DNA of 64,000 bases from Oculina patagonica (taxonomy: Eukaryota): the NCBI RefSeq assembly GCF_052425735.1, contig NC_135759.1, positions 33,852,001 through 33,916,000 of the forward strand, read 5' to 3'. Positions 51,801 through 62,848 of this stretch are shown in pieces (position 1 is the first letter of the stretch; every line of letters begins with the position of its first letter). Position numbers and translations under genes: made by a program. Below the pieces are notes generated by a model that had not been told where the DNA came from, did no database searches, and worked only from the letters and a program-made list of their open reading frames with translations.

Positions 51801-54800
51801 ATCCAGCTAGTGGCAAGGGCAGGCCTCGAACCGGTGACCTCCGGATTACAACACCAGCGCCCTAAACCACTCGGCCACGCTTGCCTCCGGCAAATGGACT
51901 ACAGACAACTCTCTCTTAACGGACACCTTTATAAGACGGACACCTCCATAAGACGGACACCTGGTTATGGTCTCTGCCGTTTTTCAGTCATTTTGCTGTA
52001 AGAAAACTCTCTGTAAGACGGACACCTCTCTAAGACGGACAACGGACATTTTTTCTAACCGCCAACGGACAGGCACTAAAAGTTATTTTTTCGTGAATAA
52101 TACTTCAAAACTTGTTATCGACATATAGCATAGCAGGTCAGCGCCTTTAGAATACCAAATTTACCAAAAACAATCCGCTAAAACGCATTACTTCTCTGCT
52201 TAAACTTGTAGATTTAGTTTTCTACTTACAGTATCACCGTTTGTTATTAACAAACAAGTCGAATCTCTGATATTATTTTTGTTCCACTTTATAGGTTTTG
52301 CTAACGTACGCGACTAAAACAGACGTGTATTCGTTGTGCATAGCCGTTTAGCTTTATCGTCTCAAAGTTTCTGGTGTCACGTTACCTCGACTCTCTATAA
52401 GGCGGACACCTCTATAAGACGGACAGTTGGGGACGGTCCCGACGGTGTCCGTCTTAGAGAGAGTTGACTGTATAGTGGAAGTAGTCAATACTCAGATTGC
52501 AAGTACTTCGATACTGTTTTAAAACATATGCAGAACGAGCCAGATATGACCAGTTTTAATTAAAACTCAGAAATTTAACTGTCCGGGAGTCGATGAAAAA
52601 TAGTTCGAGAAGTGCTACGTTTCAAAAAAGGCAACAACTTGCAAAAAGGAAGAAAACCTAGTGAAAGTTGTAAGACTGACAATTCTGAGTACACGGACGT
52701 GTAAGTGTAAGAGTTTCTGGAAACTTGAATGCAAGAAAAATTAAGAGAGCTTGTATGGGAATAAACTCTACTCCGCAGAGGCCTCGTTTAATATAACCCA
52801 CTCTCTTTGTTTGTAATTTTCAACAAGCTTGATCTTCCTGATACAAAAGTTGTTGATCGATATAAATATACACTCACTCGCACGGATCCAGATGGTGCAT
52901 ATGCGTTAAACGGCGGAACTACAAGGCTGTTGTTCTCAGAAGGAATTAGAAATGCCTCCTGAGGTGCTGATCGGTTAATCTCTTCAGATCCATTGTACAA
53001 AACTACAACACCAGGCTTCTTTGGCCGAGACAGCATGATTATGTATTTCTTCATCGTCACGTCGATACCATAGTCCTTCCATTTTTCTTGCATGTGCTTT
53101 GCCAACTCGTAGCTTTCATTAGAACCAGGAAAGTGGGGCTTTTTGGTGAAAAACCTGCAACAACGGTAAGCTGTTAGATTTTGTTCGTGTTTTGTAAAAC
53201 AGGAGAGGGCCAATCAAATCTCGCGCGCGCAACGAATTTAGTTTTAATATAACCCTGCCGCAAGAGGGGGGAAGGGGAAACACAGCTATTGTAGTGACGG
53301 GGAAGTCCGAAGTTTTAATGTTTTTAATCTTTGAACCTTTAGGGGTTAAAAATCTTGTGTTGTCTTTTTGGCGTGTTTTAGTAAGGACCTTTTCGGGGGT
53401 TGACCAAGCAGAGTTCCGGGTTGTCTGAAATATCCTATCTTCAGAAACTAGCGATGGAAAACGTTGAGTCAAATCAGAGACACTTTTGGGAACTTCTTAC
53501 AAATTTATTGTATCTCCTCGTAAACAAAATACGACCTACAGAAATAGCCCTTATGCATGTTTACGTCAGACTGGCTAGTTTCGCCACCAAGCCTCGTTTC
53601 TGAAGTGCAAACTTGTAAATTCTATCATGAACGAATTCCCAAAGCAGTGGAGATGAAAAGATACCACGTGAAAACTGCATGAAGGTTAAGAATAATTCGC
53701 GCAAACGAGGCTTGGTGGTGAATTTTGAGCATATGGCGTTATCGCGCTTAAGTCGCTTAAGGCTCTGAAAAAAAGATGAACAATTTAAATAATTAATGTA
53801 CACTCGAATCGTGCTGCCTTGGCGCCTTTCCTTTGAAACGATCAAAGCCGCCCACACTTTGGAGTTTGACAGCAAAGAACAAAGAACTGACGTCAGTGAC
53901 ATGCAAGCCAATTTTCCTTTTGCTTAATCTCGTAAGTCGTATGCACTGTGATATTCGCTGTTGCGTGACTAACCTCACGCGAACCATCAAACTGTAGAAA
54001 ACTACTGATTACGGAGTTAAACGACAGCCGGAAATACGTCTGCGTTCGCAGGCCACCAATTTACTAGACATGTATTTTAAACACGTTTGACAACGCTTAC
54101 ATATAAAAGCAATTTATTTGTCGACGTTAAAAGTCTTCTTCACGCTATGTAAAGAGCAGTTCCAAAGTTGTCAACCAAGGGTCAACTTAGAATGCAAATG
54201 AGATTTGATTTTTTTCCCAAATGGACCAAATGGTCGCATCGTCATTCCCCTGTGGCAGTGAAACTGTTGTGTACTCTTGTAACCATCCGCGCAGTGACTT
54301 CTTCCATTCACGAGATTTTTTAATTATTGTTATTCGCCTTGTACCTTAGATAGCGCACGCTTGACCGGAGTAAAAATCCCTTTTCTGAAGAAAAAAAATC
54401 GATAAACTTCAACTTATCTCGTCATTAAACGTGCGCTTGCGAGTGTCACCCTAGTAACCTCAGAACAACTACACATGTTAACATTTTGCACTGTGCTCAC
54501 TATGCATCCGTTTCGATTTCGCTTCGTACAAGTTGAATCGATAGTTTTACAGGTTTTATTACTGTGCGAGCTTGTGCGTGAATGTCCGGCTCAAGTTAGC
54601 AAGGTCAAAAGTTTCTCATCTTTCGAGTAATGATTTGTGGGCTTTCAGTTCTCACCTCCACTCGGCCTTCAGAAAATCAATTTAAACTTTTCGCTGTGAA
54701 ACTTCCTTTCTTATAATATTGCTTCGGCTTTCCTTTATTTTATATGCGCAAACGAGTTTACCATTACCAGTGCGTTTCCGGGGTTTCAACGCCCACAGGA

Positions 54801-55275
54801 AACATTGTCGCTCTCGCAAATACACACCCTTTCAGTGCTAGTTTCTGTCGGCTGTCAATGCTCTTGAACAAGATTGTCGCTACATTTTTAGCTATTTTGG
54901 AGCAATGTCGCCTGTCGCCAAAACCCCTTGGAAGGCGCAGGCTATGACCCTCAGTGACTAATTCTTAAGTCACTTAGCAGCGAAACGCGCAAAGGGTTCT
55001 ACTTACTCCAAGTTTTCTCTCAGCTCCTCCGTGGAGACCATCTCAACTGCATTTTTGTATATCTTATCAAGCTGTTCCTGGCTTTGTTTTCCCTTTGGAG
55101 TTGTACTTTTGCCATTATCATCACAGTTCTTTGCAGAATTCCGTCCGATAAAATAACCAGCAACAATACCGATCCCGGCGAATGCAAGGAGACCAAGCAC
55201 GATCAACACGATAATGCAGCAACGGCGCTTAGGAGAGGTATAACCCCCTGATCCTTTCTCTTCTACCGTCAACAT
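42900..55275 (-). CDS. M28B peptidase, glutamate carboxypeptidase II / NAALADase-like type II membrane protein (~752 aa with proximal first exon)
   Basis: Exons 55275-55007, 53154-52878, 51478-51356, 50785-50596, 50250-50154, 48812-48720, 47957-47872, 47349-47230, 46855-46773, 46325-46262, 45794-45727, 45582-45497, 45272-45182, 44978-44726, 43962-43881, 43467-43372, 43080-42900, all in phase. Signal anchor; PA domain ([29 protein letters not shown]); Zn/catalytic motifs [29 protein letters not shown]; TfR-like dimerisation domain. FOLH1/NAALAD2/NAALADL1 family, exact orthology unresolved. Confidence 0.92.
49464..50128 (-). mobile_element. Internally deleted hAT element retaining a transposase C-terminal remnant
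   Basis: TIR CAGGCGCGTAG / CTACGCGCCTG. The minus-strand [27 protein letters not shown] resembles the end of the hAT dimerisation region. Flanks CAATCT / TAATCT. Confidence 0.65.
51640..51889 (-). mobile_element. tRNA-derived SINE (second family)
   Basis: Minus-strand head GGAGGCAAGCGTGGCCGAGTGGTTTAGGGCGCTGG...GGTTCGAGGCC with A/B boxes; a degraded relative lies at ~22560-22740. Confidence 0.7.
51902..52470. mobile_element. Tc1/mariner-pogo type MITE
   Basis: TA|CAGACAACTCTCTCTTAACGGACACC ... GGTGTCCGTCTTAGAGAGAGTTGACTG|TA; repeated TAAGACGGACACC. Confidence 0.8.
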
Positions 55276-55693
55276 GTTGAAAGGATTCTTTGAGGAGATT
55301 GAATTTTGCCGTTTCGGCTTGATCTATTTATTAATCGATCTGGGTTTTTTACACAATGATGTTTGTTGCTGCTAACCAATCATTGTAACAACAAACAATT
55401 GTAAAATCTTAGGTGCGGTCAGGTTTCAGACAGCAACGTGAAAGTGTCACTTGTCATTTGCTGTCAAAACACGAGCTGTCTACATTCTTCATTGCGTGAC
55501 CAGCCATCGTGACGTCTATGTTGAGAAATTAACTCGGATTCAGTCACGCTATCGCCAGATCCCCATATCCGCTATGGTGGTGGTTAGATTTACCTTTTTC
55601 GAATTTTTAAAAACTTATAACTGTCGACTTACTCTTTCAGCCATGCTAGTCACACTTACGTACAAGCGGTTCGAGTGGGAAATACGCTTGACT

Positions 55694-55976
55694 GGGGAGC
55701 AGGGATGGCGCAGTGGTGAGAGCGCTCGCTTCCCACCAATGTGGTCCGGGTTTGATTCCGGCCAGGTACCATATGTGGGTTGAGTTTGTTGTTGGTTCTC
55801 GTCCTTGCTCCGAGGGTTTTTCTCCGGGTTCTCCGGTTTTCCTCCCTCCACAAAAACCAACACTTTTAAATTCCAATTCGATCGGGAATCCGAGGGCCAC
55901 AGGTTTGTCAGTCGAAGACTGTTACGTGCAACCCTCGTAAAACAAAGTTGATTTTATTTTATTATTTTTTTTTTTA
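55694..55976 (+). mobile_element. tRNA-derived V-SINE-like copy with a different 3' tail
   Basis: Same head and core as 21073-21336; diverges after CCAATTCGATC. Confidence 0.8.
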
Positions 55977-56316
55977 AGGACGCACAGAAACCATGTGTAA
56001 AAACCCTGTACTTATAAGTAAAGGCTACCGGCTAGCATTAATTACGGATACTGATCTGCGTCAGAGTCAGTTACTGAGACTAAGAGCATCAACCAGTGTA
56101 ACCATTCCAAGAGAAATGAGCCCGCAGTCAAACCCCGACTGGACAGTGTCTCAGCCCAAGCCATCTACAGGGCTGCGAACGGGACCGTGTTTTAATTCGG
56201 TCAGTTGAATTGGTTGAGCTTTATCGTGCTCTATTAGGAAAATCTGTTTTCGGTTGTTAGGATTGTAGAACTCGGTCGATCAATAGGAAATAGTTGTGAA
56301 ATGTTGTATTGGGAAA

Positions 56317-57219
56317 CATAGGCGTACGAGGCGGGGGGGCGAGGGGGGCTGCAGCCCCCCCAGCGCCGAAATTTTTCGGGCAAAATGCTCAGAATTCGGG
56401 CAATAAGCCAGAGAAAAAAGTGAAAATAAGCCGACAAATCTCAAAGTTATGTTCAAAACGAATTACATCAGCAGAAAAGTATTGAAAATATACCAAACTT
56501 TGTGGTTCAGAAGTCTAAATTTCTCATACCGCATACCATATCTTGTCTGCTTTCGTTTCCTCTCGCAAATTGCTATAATGATGTTCGATTTTTCTCGAAA
56601 ATTCTGCCTGACCCCTCAGTTTTATTCAGTTGTAATCATTTTTAAGTGAGTGGGAAATTGACGAGGGCGACCAGAAGTTAGGATTTTCCATAGCTTGAGA
56701 GTTTGCGCATGGTGGATCCAGTGTAAGACTTTGAAACAAAGCTGTTACAGATGTGATGAAGCTAATGCTCTGATAATGCTTTTGACCCAAACGTTTAGTT
56801 AGTTCTAATGGCTAGCTTAAAACTTTCAACGAAATGTTTTAACCCATTTACGCCTGAATGTTTCAACCACTTTTCTATAACTTTCAAGTAGGCGAAAACA
56901 ATGTAAATTGGCTCCCCAAAAATACTTTAATTTTTTTCTGAACTAAAGTGAAAAAATAAAATATTTCCGAAGAAAAAGGATTCAGTGCATTGGGGGAGGG
57001 AAGATGAGAGACGCTGGGAACGAGGTTGTGCATTGACATCTACGGACAACGCCACGAAATTAATTAGAGAACTTTAAGAAGGCAGGGTGCACAACTATTT
57101 CAATGCACGTTTTGTTGTCCATTCTATATGCCTCTCTAATTCGCTTTCAACGCATGTCATTTTTTTTCGGGCAATAAGGTGTCCGCCCCCCCAGGTCCGA
57201 AGGTGCCCGTACGCCTATG
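56317..57219. mobile_element. Non-autonomous hAT-like element
   Basis: TIR CATAGGCGTACG / CGTACGCCTATG; perfect 8-bp TSD TTGGGAAA. Confidence 0.85.
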
Positions 57220-57650
57220 TTGGGAAACTTAAACCAAATTGACCGTTTTAATTAAAGTTGATCAACCAAACCAACCAATTTTTTTTTTCAATAGAACACG
57301 AAAAAACCCCAACTAACTTAAAACGGTTGATCTCAATAGCCGAACAAGGCCTAGGTGTATAAATGGATACGTAAACCAGCACTTGATGGTGGGAATGTTT
57401 GGCTTAATGCGAATAGCGAAAACCGGCAGACTGAAAGGAGCACTCAAGCCTGGATTTTAGCTGTCTAGATCTCCTAGTCTCCGGCTCCGGTCTGATTACA
57501 AGAAATGGAGCTGATTTTCCTGTACAGTACAGTATAAATGCACCTTTAGCTTACAAAATCAGATTGTAAGGTAAGGTGAAGTCTTCGTTTGAGCCTTGTG
57601 TCCTATGAGACTGGAGCTTATCAGATTGTAGACAATTTTAAATGACTTAC

Positions 57651-57934
57651 TTCAGAAAGTCTCTGAGTTGTTTCGTGGAGACCATCTCGACAGCATCCTT
57701 GTGGATTTTTGCTAAATCTAAGTGGCTGCTTTGAGAAGGTGTTGGCTGAACCCTGGCGTCGCAATCAGTACTTGCAGTCTTTCTTCCAATGAAGTACCCG
57801 ATGACAATTCCAAGAACTAAGAACAGGACAAGACAAAGTATGGCTGCTACTAGCAAACGACGTCTGCCCTGGCGATGCTTTGGAGAAAACCTTTCGGTCA
57901 GCATGGTCTGCTTTTCAGGCTCTTCCATCATCAT
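57651..57934 (-). CDS. Distal alternative first coding exon of the GCPII/NAALADase-like gene (cytoplasmic tail + TM + stalk)
   Basis: MMMEEPEKQTML...LLVAAILCLVLFLVLGIVIGYFIGRK...IHKDAVEMVSTKQLRDFL is paralogous to exon 55275-55007. It ends in a phase-2 GTAAGT donor compatible with the acceptor at 53154. Confidence 0.85.
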
Positions 57935-60591
57935 TTTACCAGAACTGGACTTCTATCACGCAGGGAAAATTAAGACGATCAGCAACAGCATGTCAATAAA
58001 AGTTACTACTTAAAAAATATTTGTGTTATTGCAGAGAAATTGTTCGAGCTACACTACTATTCAGTTCAGACGGACTTTGCAATAACGTACAGACTGCCTG
58101 TTACTTACGTCGATCAACTCGTTACCAAACTGCTGCAAAAATCATTACCAAGTTCTTGAAGACAAAAGCTCAATTCAACTGCAAGGTGCAAAAAGTTGCT
58201 GTCTTTATAAACAAACAATCTTTGAGAAGTTAATTATTTCAGTTAAGTACACAGAATGACAGGGCCACTTATTTGCATCAAAGAATTGTCCGTGTCGGTT
58301 GGTGCCTTATTGTTTTTATGCTTCAGTGACACATGCAAATATATAAACTAAGATGAACAAAACATTGTCACTCACCATGTGTCTTCTGTGCACGGAATGA
58401 TTTCGTGAATTATCACTGTCCGGTGTATGCCTGAAATAACTCACTTTTCGCTATAAACAAAGATCTCGGTGTTGTATCATTTCTTAGCCTACGCACGCCA
58501 GAAGCAACTGCACGAGAGAACGTGAAAACATGTCTGACAAATTGCAATGGACAGAACAAAGATCGGAGAGGTTGAGTTTGGCTAAGGGTGTTTATTTCCG
58601 GCAGTCTAGCTCAACACTTGGATGTTTTGTAGGAAATAGCTTGCTTTAGTGCTTTTGAAACAACAGGATTTCAAAGCATTTATTACCATTGTTTGCAAAG
58701 AATAGAATATACCTTAATGAAACAAGGCAAAAAACCACGGGGAACAAAACTGAAACGGGAAATGTCGAACTTGTCTAGAGTTCTACTGGAGCTGGTTTTA
58801 ATTAATGAACTGGAATAAAAAACAAATTAAATATATTGATCAGGAGCTCCCTCCTGATATTGGCCATGTAAGACATGTAAGGTTTAATGGCTGCATGCGT
58901 CATGTGAGTTGAGTGAGTATAAATTTCAATCATTTTAGGAACCATGAACCAATCAACCTGACAGTCAATTATTTAACACTACACAATGTTTGATTTACTG
59001 TCAGAATCAGTGAAAGGAAAAACAAACACACAAAAAAATGTAAGAAGTAAACCAAGGGAGGTGGCTTGGCTGGGAGCGTGAGAAAAACCGCATGATATTT
59101 GTAAGATGATGATGTCAACTAAACCTGATCAACAAAAACACCTATTGCTTTTCAATCAAACATGTTGGCCAATCGCACTTAAAATTTTTCGGAGCGTGAA
59201 GGCATTGTACTGTATTGTCTAAGATCCCTGTCGCGAGTCACGCTAACCTGAGATCATGTCTTCCCTCCCTACTCATCAACATTAAACAAACAAAAAAACC
59301 CCAGATAGATTGCAAGGCTGGTACAATGGCAGGAGGGCAAGATTTTTTGGCCAATATTTCAACTAGCAGAGCTAGTCTTCTTCAGGGCCAGTACTGTAAT
59401 CTAAGGAAAATAGCGGCTCTAAAATATGAATTACCCGATCGCAGGTAAGTAAGGTTATTATGATGTGCAACTTGGGTGAATGCCTAGGTAGTTTGACTCG
59501 TGAAAATTTACTCTATATATTTTTCTTTTTTTTTGGGGGGGGGGGGGGGGGGGGGGGGGGGACCTGCTTATTCAGGGCTCTTTCCCCAGACCCCGAAACG
59601 GCTTGTACTGGACAACTTGGAGCACTTTTCTTTTGTTTACTTTTCTTTTCTTTACCTTTAGAGCTATCCTTCTTTTCTCGTTTTTGACTCTCTAAATATC
59701 ACTTTTCGCACCGTTGCCATGCTCCTCGATGAAATACGCGGCTATTCCGGTGGGAAATGACATGGAACGGCCCTTTTTACCAGAAAGTTTTCAAATGGTC
59801 ACACTTATCCCGTACCAGTATGTTTGTTGAAATAATTGTACTGTTCCATTTGCCGGAAAATCTTCATCGGTTTTCCTGGAAAGCACCCTAGACAAAATCG
59901 ACTGTAATGTACCAACCTAATCCTTGATCCCTCATTGTATTGTCCCTGAGTCAATATGCCAATAATGACTCCGGCTACCTATCCTTCACCTGCGATCAGC
60001 CCGACGTTACTAATCGAACAGTTCGGTAATCGAACTTGATCGAACTGAATCGAACTTAATCGAACGATTCGGTTCGATTAGTTCGATAATCGAACAGAAT
60101 CGAACCCAAAACTTTGTGTGAGAGAGTTCGATTCCGTTCGATTTCCGAACTAATCGAACCAAATCGAACTTAATCGAACACAAAAGACAAATCTTAAATT
60201 CACCCTCATACAACCAGATAATTGAACAGTCTGTCTAAGTAACAGTAATAAATGAATAAATTTTTTATTTATGGACTTTCGGCAAAAAAACCCGAAACGC
60301 AAACTTCAACAGACAATAGAAAATAAATCCTCCTTCACTCTAGTTCTATTTCATGTTATCAACCTATGGAGTCCCAAGTAGTCTGCGTAGCTGGCGATTT
60401 CGTCGGAAAGCACGCGTGGGAGATTACTGCGAAGACTCGCCTTCTTTCACTTTGCCGATTGTTTCTAGCGACCTTGCCGCTCACTCGCTCCCCAACAAAA
60501 CCGTCAGCTGCGCACACTATAACCCAAGCAAAATATTATAAACTGAAACAATGCTAAAAAACTGTTTTCAAGTTATTTGACATAAGTTAAC

Positions 60592-61275
60592 CTAACTGCA
60601 AAAAACCCGTCCTTGAAAGCGGAATTCGTTACTTAAGATTATGAGATCTAGATAACGTGCGATAAATGAAACCGCCATATTTGCAAGGAAAGCAATTAAA
60701 ATTAGCAACAGAGTCGTTAACAGTATGGCAATCTCTAAAAAAAATTCAGCGATTTCAGCACATAAAAGGTCGCTCAACAGCTTAACACATGCAAAAAATC
60801 CTTCAATGAACTTAAACATGTTCACATCTACAGAGGTGGCTAGAAAAAACAATATAATGATCAATATCTTTAGCAAGCGATGCCGTCTAGAATCAAAATA
60901 AATAACTTGAAAACGGCATTCTGTTCTAAGGACACTGTTGGGCAACTTCTCTGAGCCATCAGCTAGGTCGTTTCCTAGTCTGTCTTCTTCGCTCAATGTT
61001 TGCTGTTCTGTGAATTCCTGTGTTATGGTCGCTTGCAAGCAAACGTCGACTTCTGTAGATTCAGTACGATTTTGTCGTTTATTTCTTTGCTCGCGGACTT
61101 TGTTTATAAGAACTTGTTTTTTATCAGATGTTTTGAAGGGTACTCCTGATTCGGTTAAGATTTCGCGAAGAATAGCAACAGTCATATCTTCAGGATCACC
61201 CGCCTTTTTTTGCTGGAGCCTGCTTTCTTTTTCTTTTTTCTCTTCAATCTGCCTTTTTTTCTCAATTTCTCTCAT
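60592..61275 (-). CDS. Element-borne protein: charged N-terminus, HeH/SAP/LEM-like helix-extension-helix motif, hydrophobic C-terminal segments (227 aa)
   Basis: Uninterrupted ORF. DPEDMTVAILREILTESGVPFKTSDKKQVLINKV fits the HeH/SAP pattern; LLKILIIILFFLA and FFLEIAILLTTLLLILIAFLANMAVSFIA are hydrophobic. Confidence 0.6.
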   Translation of the reverse strand: MREIEKKRQIEEKKEKESRLQQKKAGDPEDMTVAILREILTESGVPFKTSDKKQVLINKVREQRNKRQNRTESTEVDVCLQATITQEFTEQQTLSEEDRLGNDLADGSEKLPNSVLRTECRFQVIYFDSRRHRLLKILIIILFFLATSVDVNMFKFIEGFFACVKLLSDLLCAEIAEFFLEIAILLTTLLLILIAFLANMAVSFIARYLDLIILSNEFRFQGRVFCS

Positions 61276-61430
61276 TTGGGGAAACTACTTAAATAATTCC
61301 TATTCACGATACCCTACTGTGTAGAATTTCCTGGAGAATTTAAACCACAATTACGTACGTGACGTCTCGTCAGTAACTCCCGCAGTAACTAAACATCAAG
61401 GTCAGATCACGCGTGGGAGAAGTTTTGAAG

Positions 61431-61973
61431 ATGTCGGAAAGCCAAGAGCACGAGAAAAATCAAATAGTTCGAGTTGAAATTCGGTGTGTTGCCAAAGGTT
61501 ATCAAGAATGCCCTTTTGTTGTAAATGAAGGTGAAGAGTTTGTGGCACAAAGGAAACATGGGGCAAGAGGAAGAGCGTTCAAAGTAACAAATGCACGTGG
61601 TCAACTGGGGCATCTCGAACGTGTGCTTGTTGCACCTTTCTGGCCAATTCGGGAGGAACTAAAATGGTAAGCAGTTTGTTGTAAGTTTGACATTTGACAC
61701 AAAGCTTCTCGGCCGAACAATTATTTTCTAGGAGGTAAATCCTAGAGTTAATCACTGTTTTAATACCGTACATTTTAAATTTTTAGTGTGGTTACTGGAC
61801 AACCATTTGACGATCCCAGAGGACGCTGGCGGGTTGGCGGGGGAATAAATGTTCCACTCAAGGTCCAAGTGCAGATGACGAGAACTAAAGCCAGAAACCT
61901 ATCGAGAGCCTTGAATCAAATTGGAGTACAAAACACGTTGAAAGAATGTGAAGAAATAAGCGACAAACAGTAA
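61431..61973 (+). CDS. Element-borne stand-alone HIRAN-like domain protein (140 aa, 2 exons)
   Basis: Exons 61431-61666 and 61787-61973 with a GT-AG phase-2 intron; AATAAA overlaps the stop. Motif order CVAKGY..GEEF..AFKV..GQLGHLER..CVVTG..GGGINVP follows the HIRAN pattern as I recall it. Confidence 0.65.
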
Positions 61974-62739
61974 TAAAATTGACATCAATTTCCTTTCTGT
62001 TTATTTATTCGTTGTTCTGGGCTAAACAACCGCGCCTGTGACACTCGTATTCACACCCGTTTATTGGGAACATACCGCCATTTGCAGCCAAATGTAATTA
62101 GACCGTGAATTTTACGACCGTTGTTTTTTAATCAACATCCATTTTCCATGATTTTCAAATCGAACCCAGTCGAACTTAATCGAGCCTAATCGAACTTAAT
62201 CGAACGTTCGATTTAGTTCGATTACTCAAAATTTTTTGTGAGAGTTCGATTCTGTTCGATTACCGAACTTAATCGAACCTAATCGCGTGATTACAGTTCG
62301 ATTCAGTTCGAGTAAGTTCGATTAATCGAACGTTCGATTTGGTTCGATTAGTAACGTCGGGGATCAGGCGTTCTTTTTTTTTTTGCGGCGGGCGCGGGAG
62401 GAAGGAGAAAAAAAAAAGCCCGGAGAAAAAGAACGTCTGATCCGGCGCAGGTTAACTGATCATAGCCAATGATTCAAATATATTTTTTTGCTATTACATT
62501 AGTCATGTACAAAAGCATGTGTTTACATTTATCTTATCCCTCTCTTATCTCGAAGTTCCCAGTCCGCTCCTTCCAGGTTGTAAAAGTGTCCCCCCTGCTT
62601 TTAGGACTGGGCACGATAGGCGACGACGATCACGAGAATCAGCGTTCTTCTTCTTCGCTATAAATTTCCATTTTCCGGTCTATTTCGTGCAAGAATTCTT
62701 TCATTTTAAACAGTGTAAATTTTCTTAAAGTTAGAAATA

Positions 62740-62848
62740 ATGGCAAGACAAATACCTCTAACATGTAGCGGACACACAAGACCAGTGGTTCATCTCTCGT
62801 TTTCTGATATAACCCCGTACGGATATTTCCTAATTAGCGCGTGTAAAG
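62740..62848 (+). CDS. STRAP: Serine-threonine kinase receptor-associated protein (WD40), first coding exon; gene continues beyond the window
   Basis: MARQIPLTCSGHTRPVVHLSFSDITPYGYFLISACK followed by a G|GTAAG donor; nearly identical to the N-terminus of STRAP/UNRIP. Confidence 0.92.

Larger units (their letters stand above)
60000..62361. mobile_element. Gene-carrying TIR DNA element (2362 bp) with 6-bp TSD and no transposase
   Basis: Perfect 20-bp TIR CCCGACGTTACTAATCGAAC; TSD GATCAG at 59994-59999 and 62362-62367; ~180-200 bp subterminal AATCGAAC/GTTCGATT arrays at both ends. Confidence 0.9.

Noticed and set aside
55694-55770. tRNA-like sequences (also ~21075, ~40860-40915, ~51820-51889, ~27105-27140)
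   Set aside because: SINE heads or fragments with A/B boxes but no complete cloverleaf, continuing into repeat bodies.
60009-60180. Short repeat arrays resembling CRISPR or iterons
   Set aside because: 8-bp units in both orientations without unique spacers, in a eukaryotic context; they are transposon subterminal repeats.
60938-61324. 128-aa plus-strand ORF in the element
   Set aside because: Antisense shadow of the HeH-like ORF, with a TTG start and no domain features.
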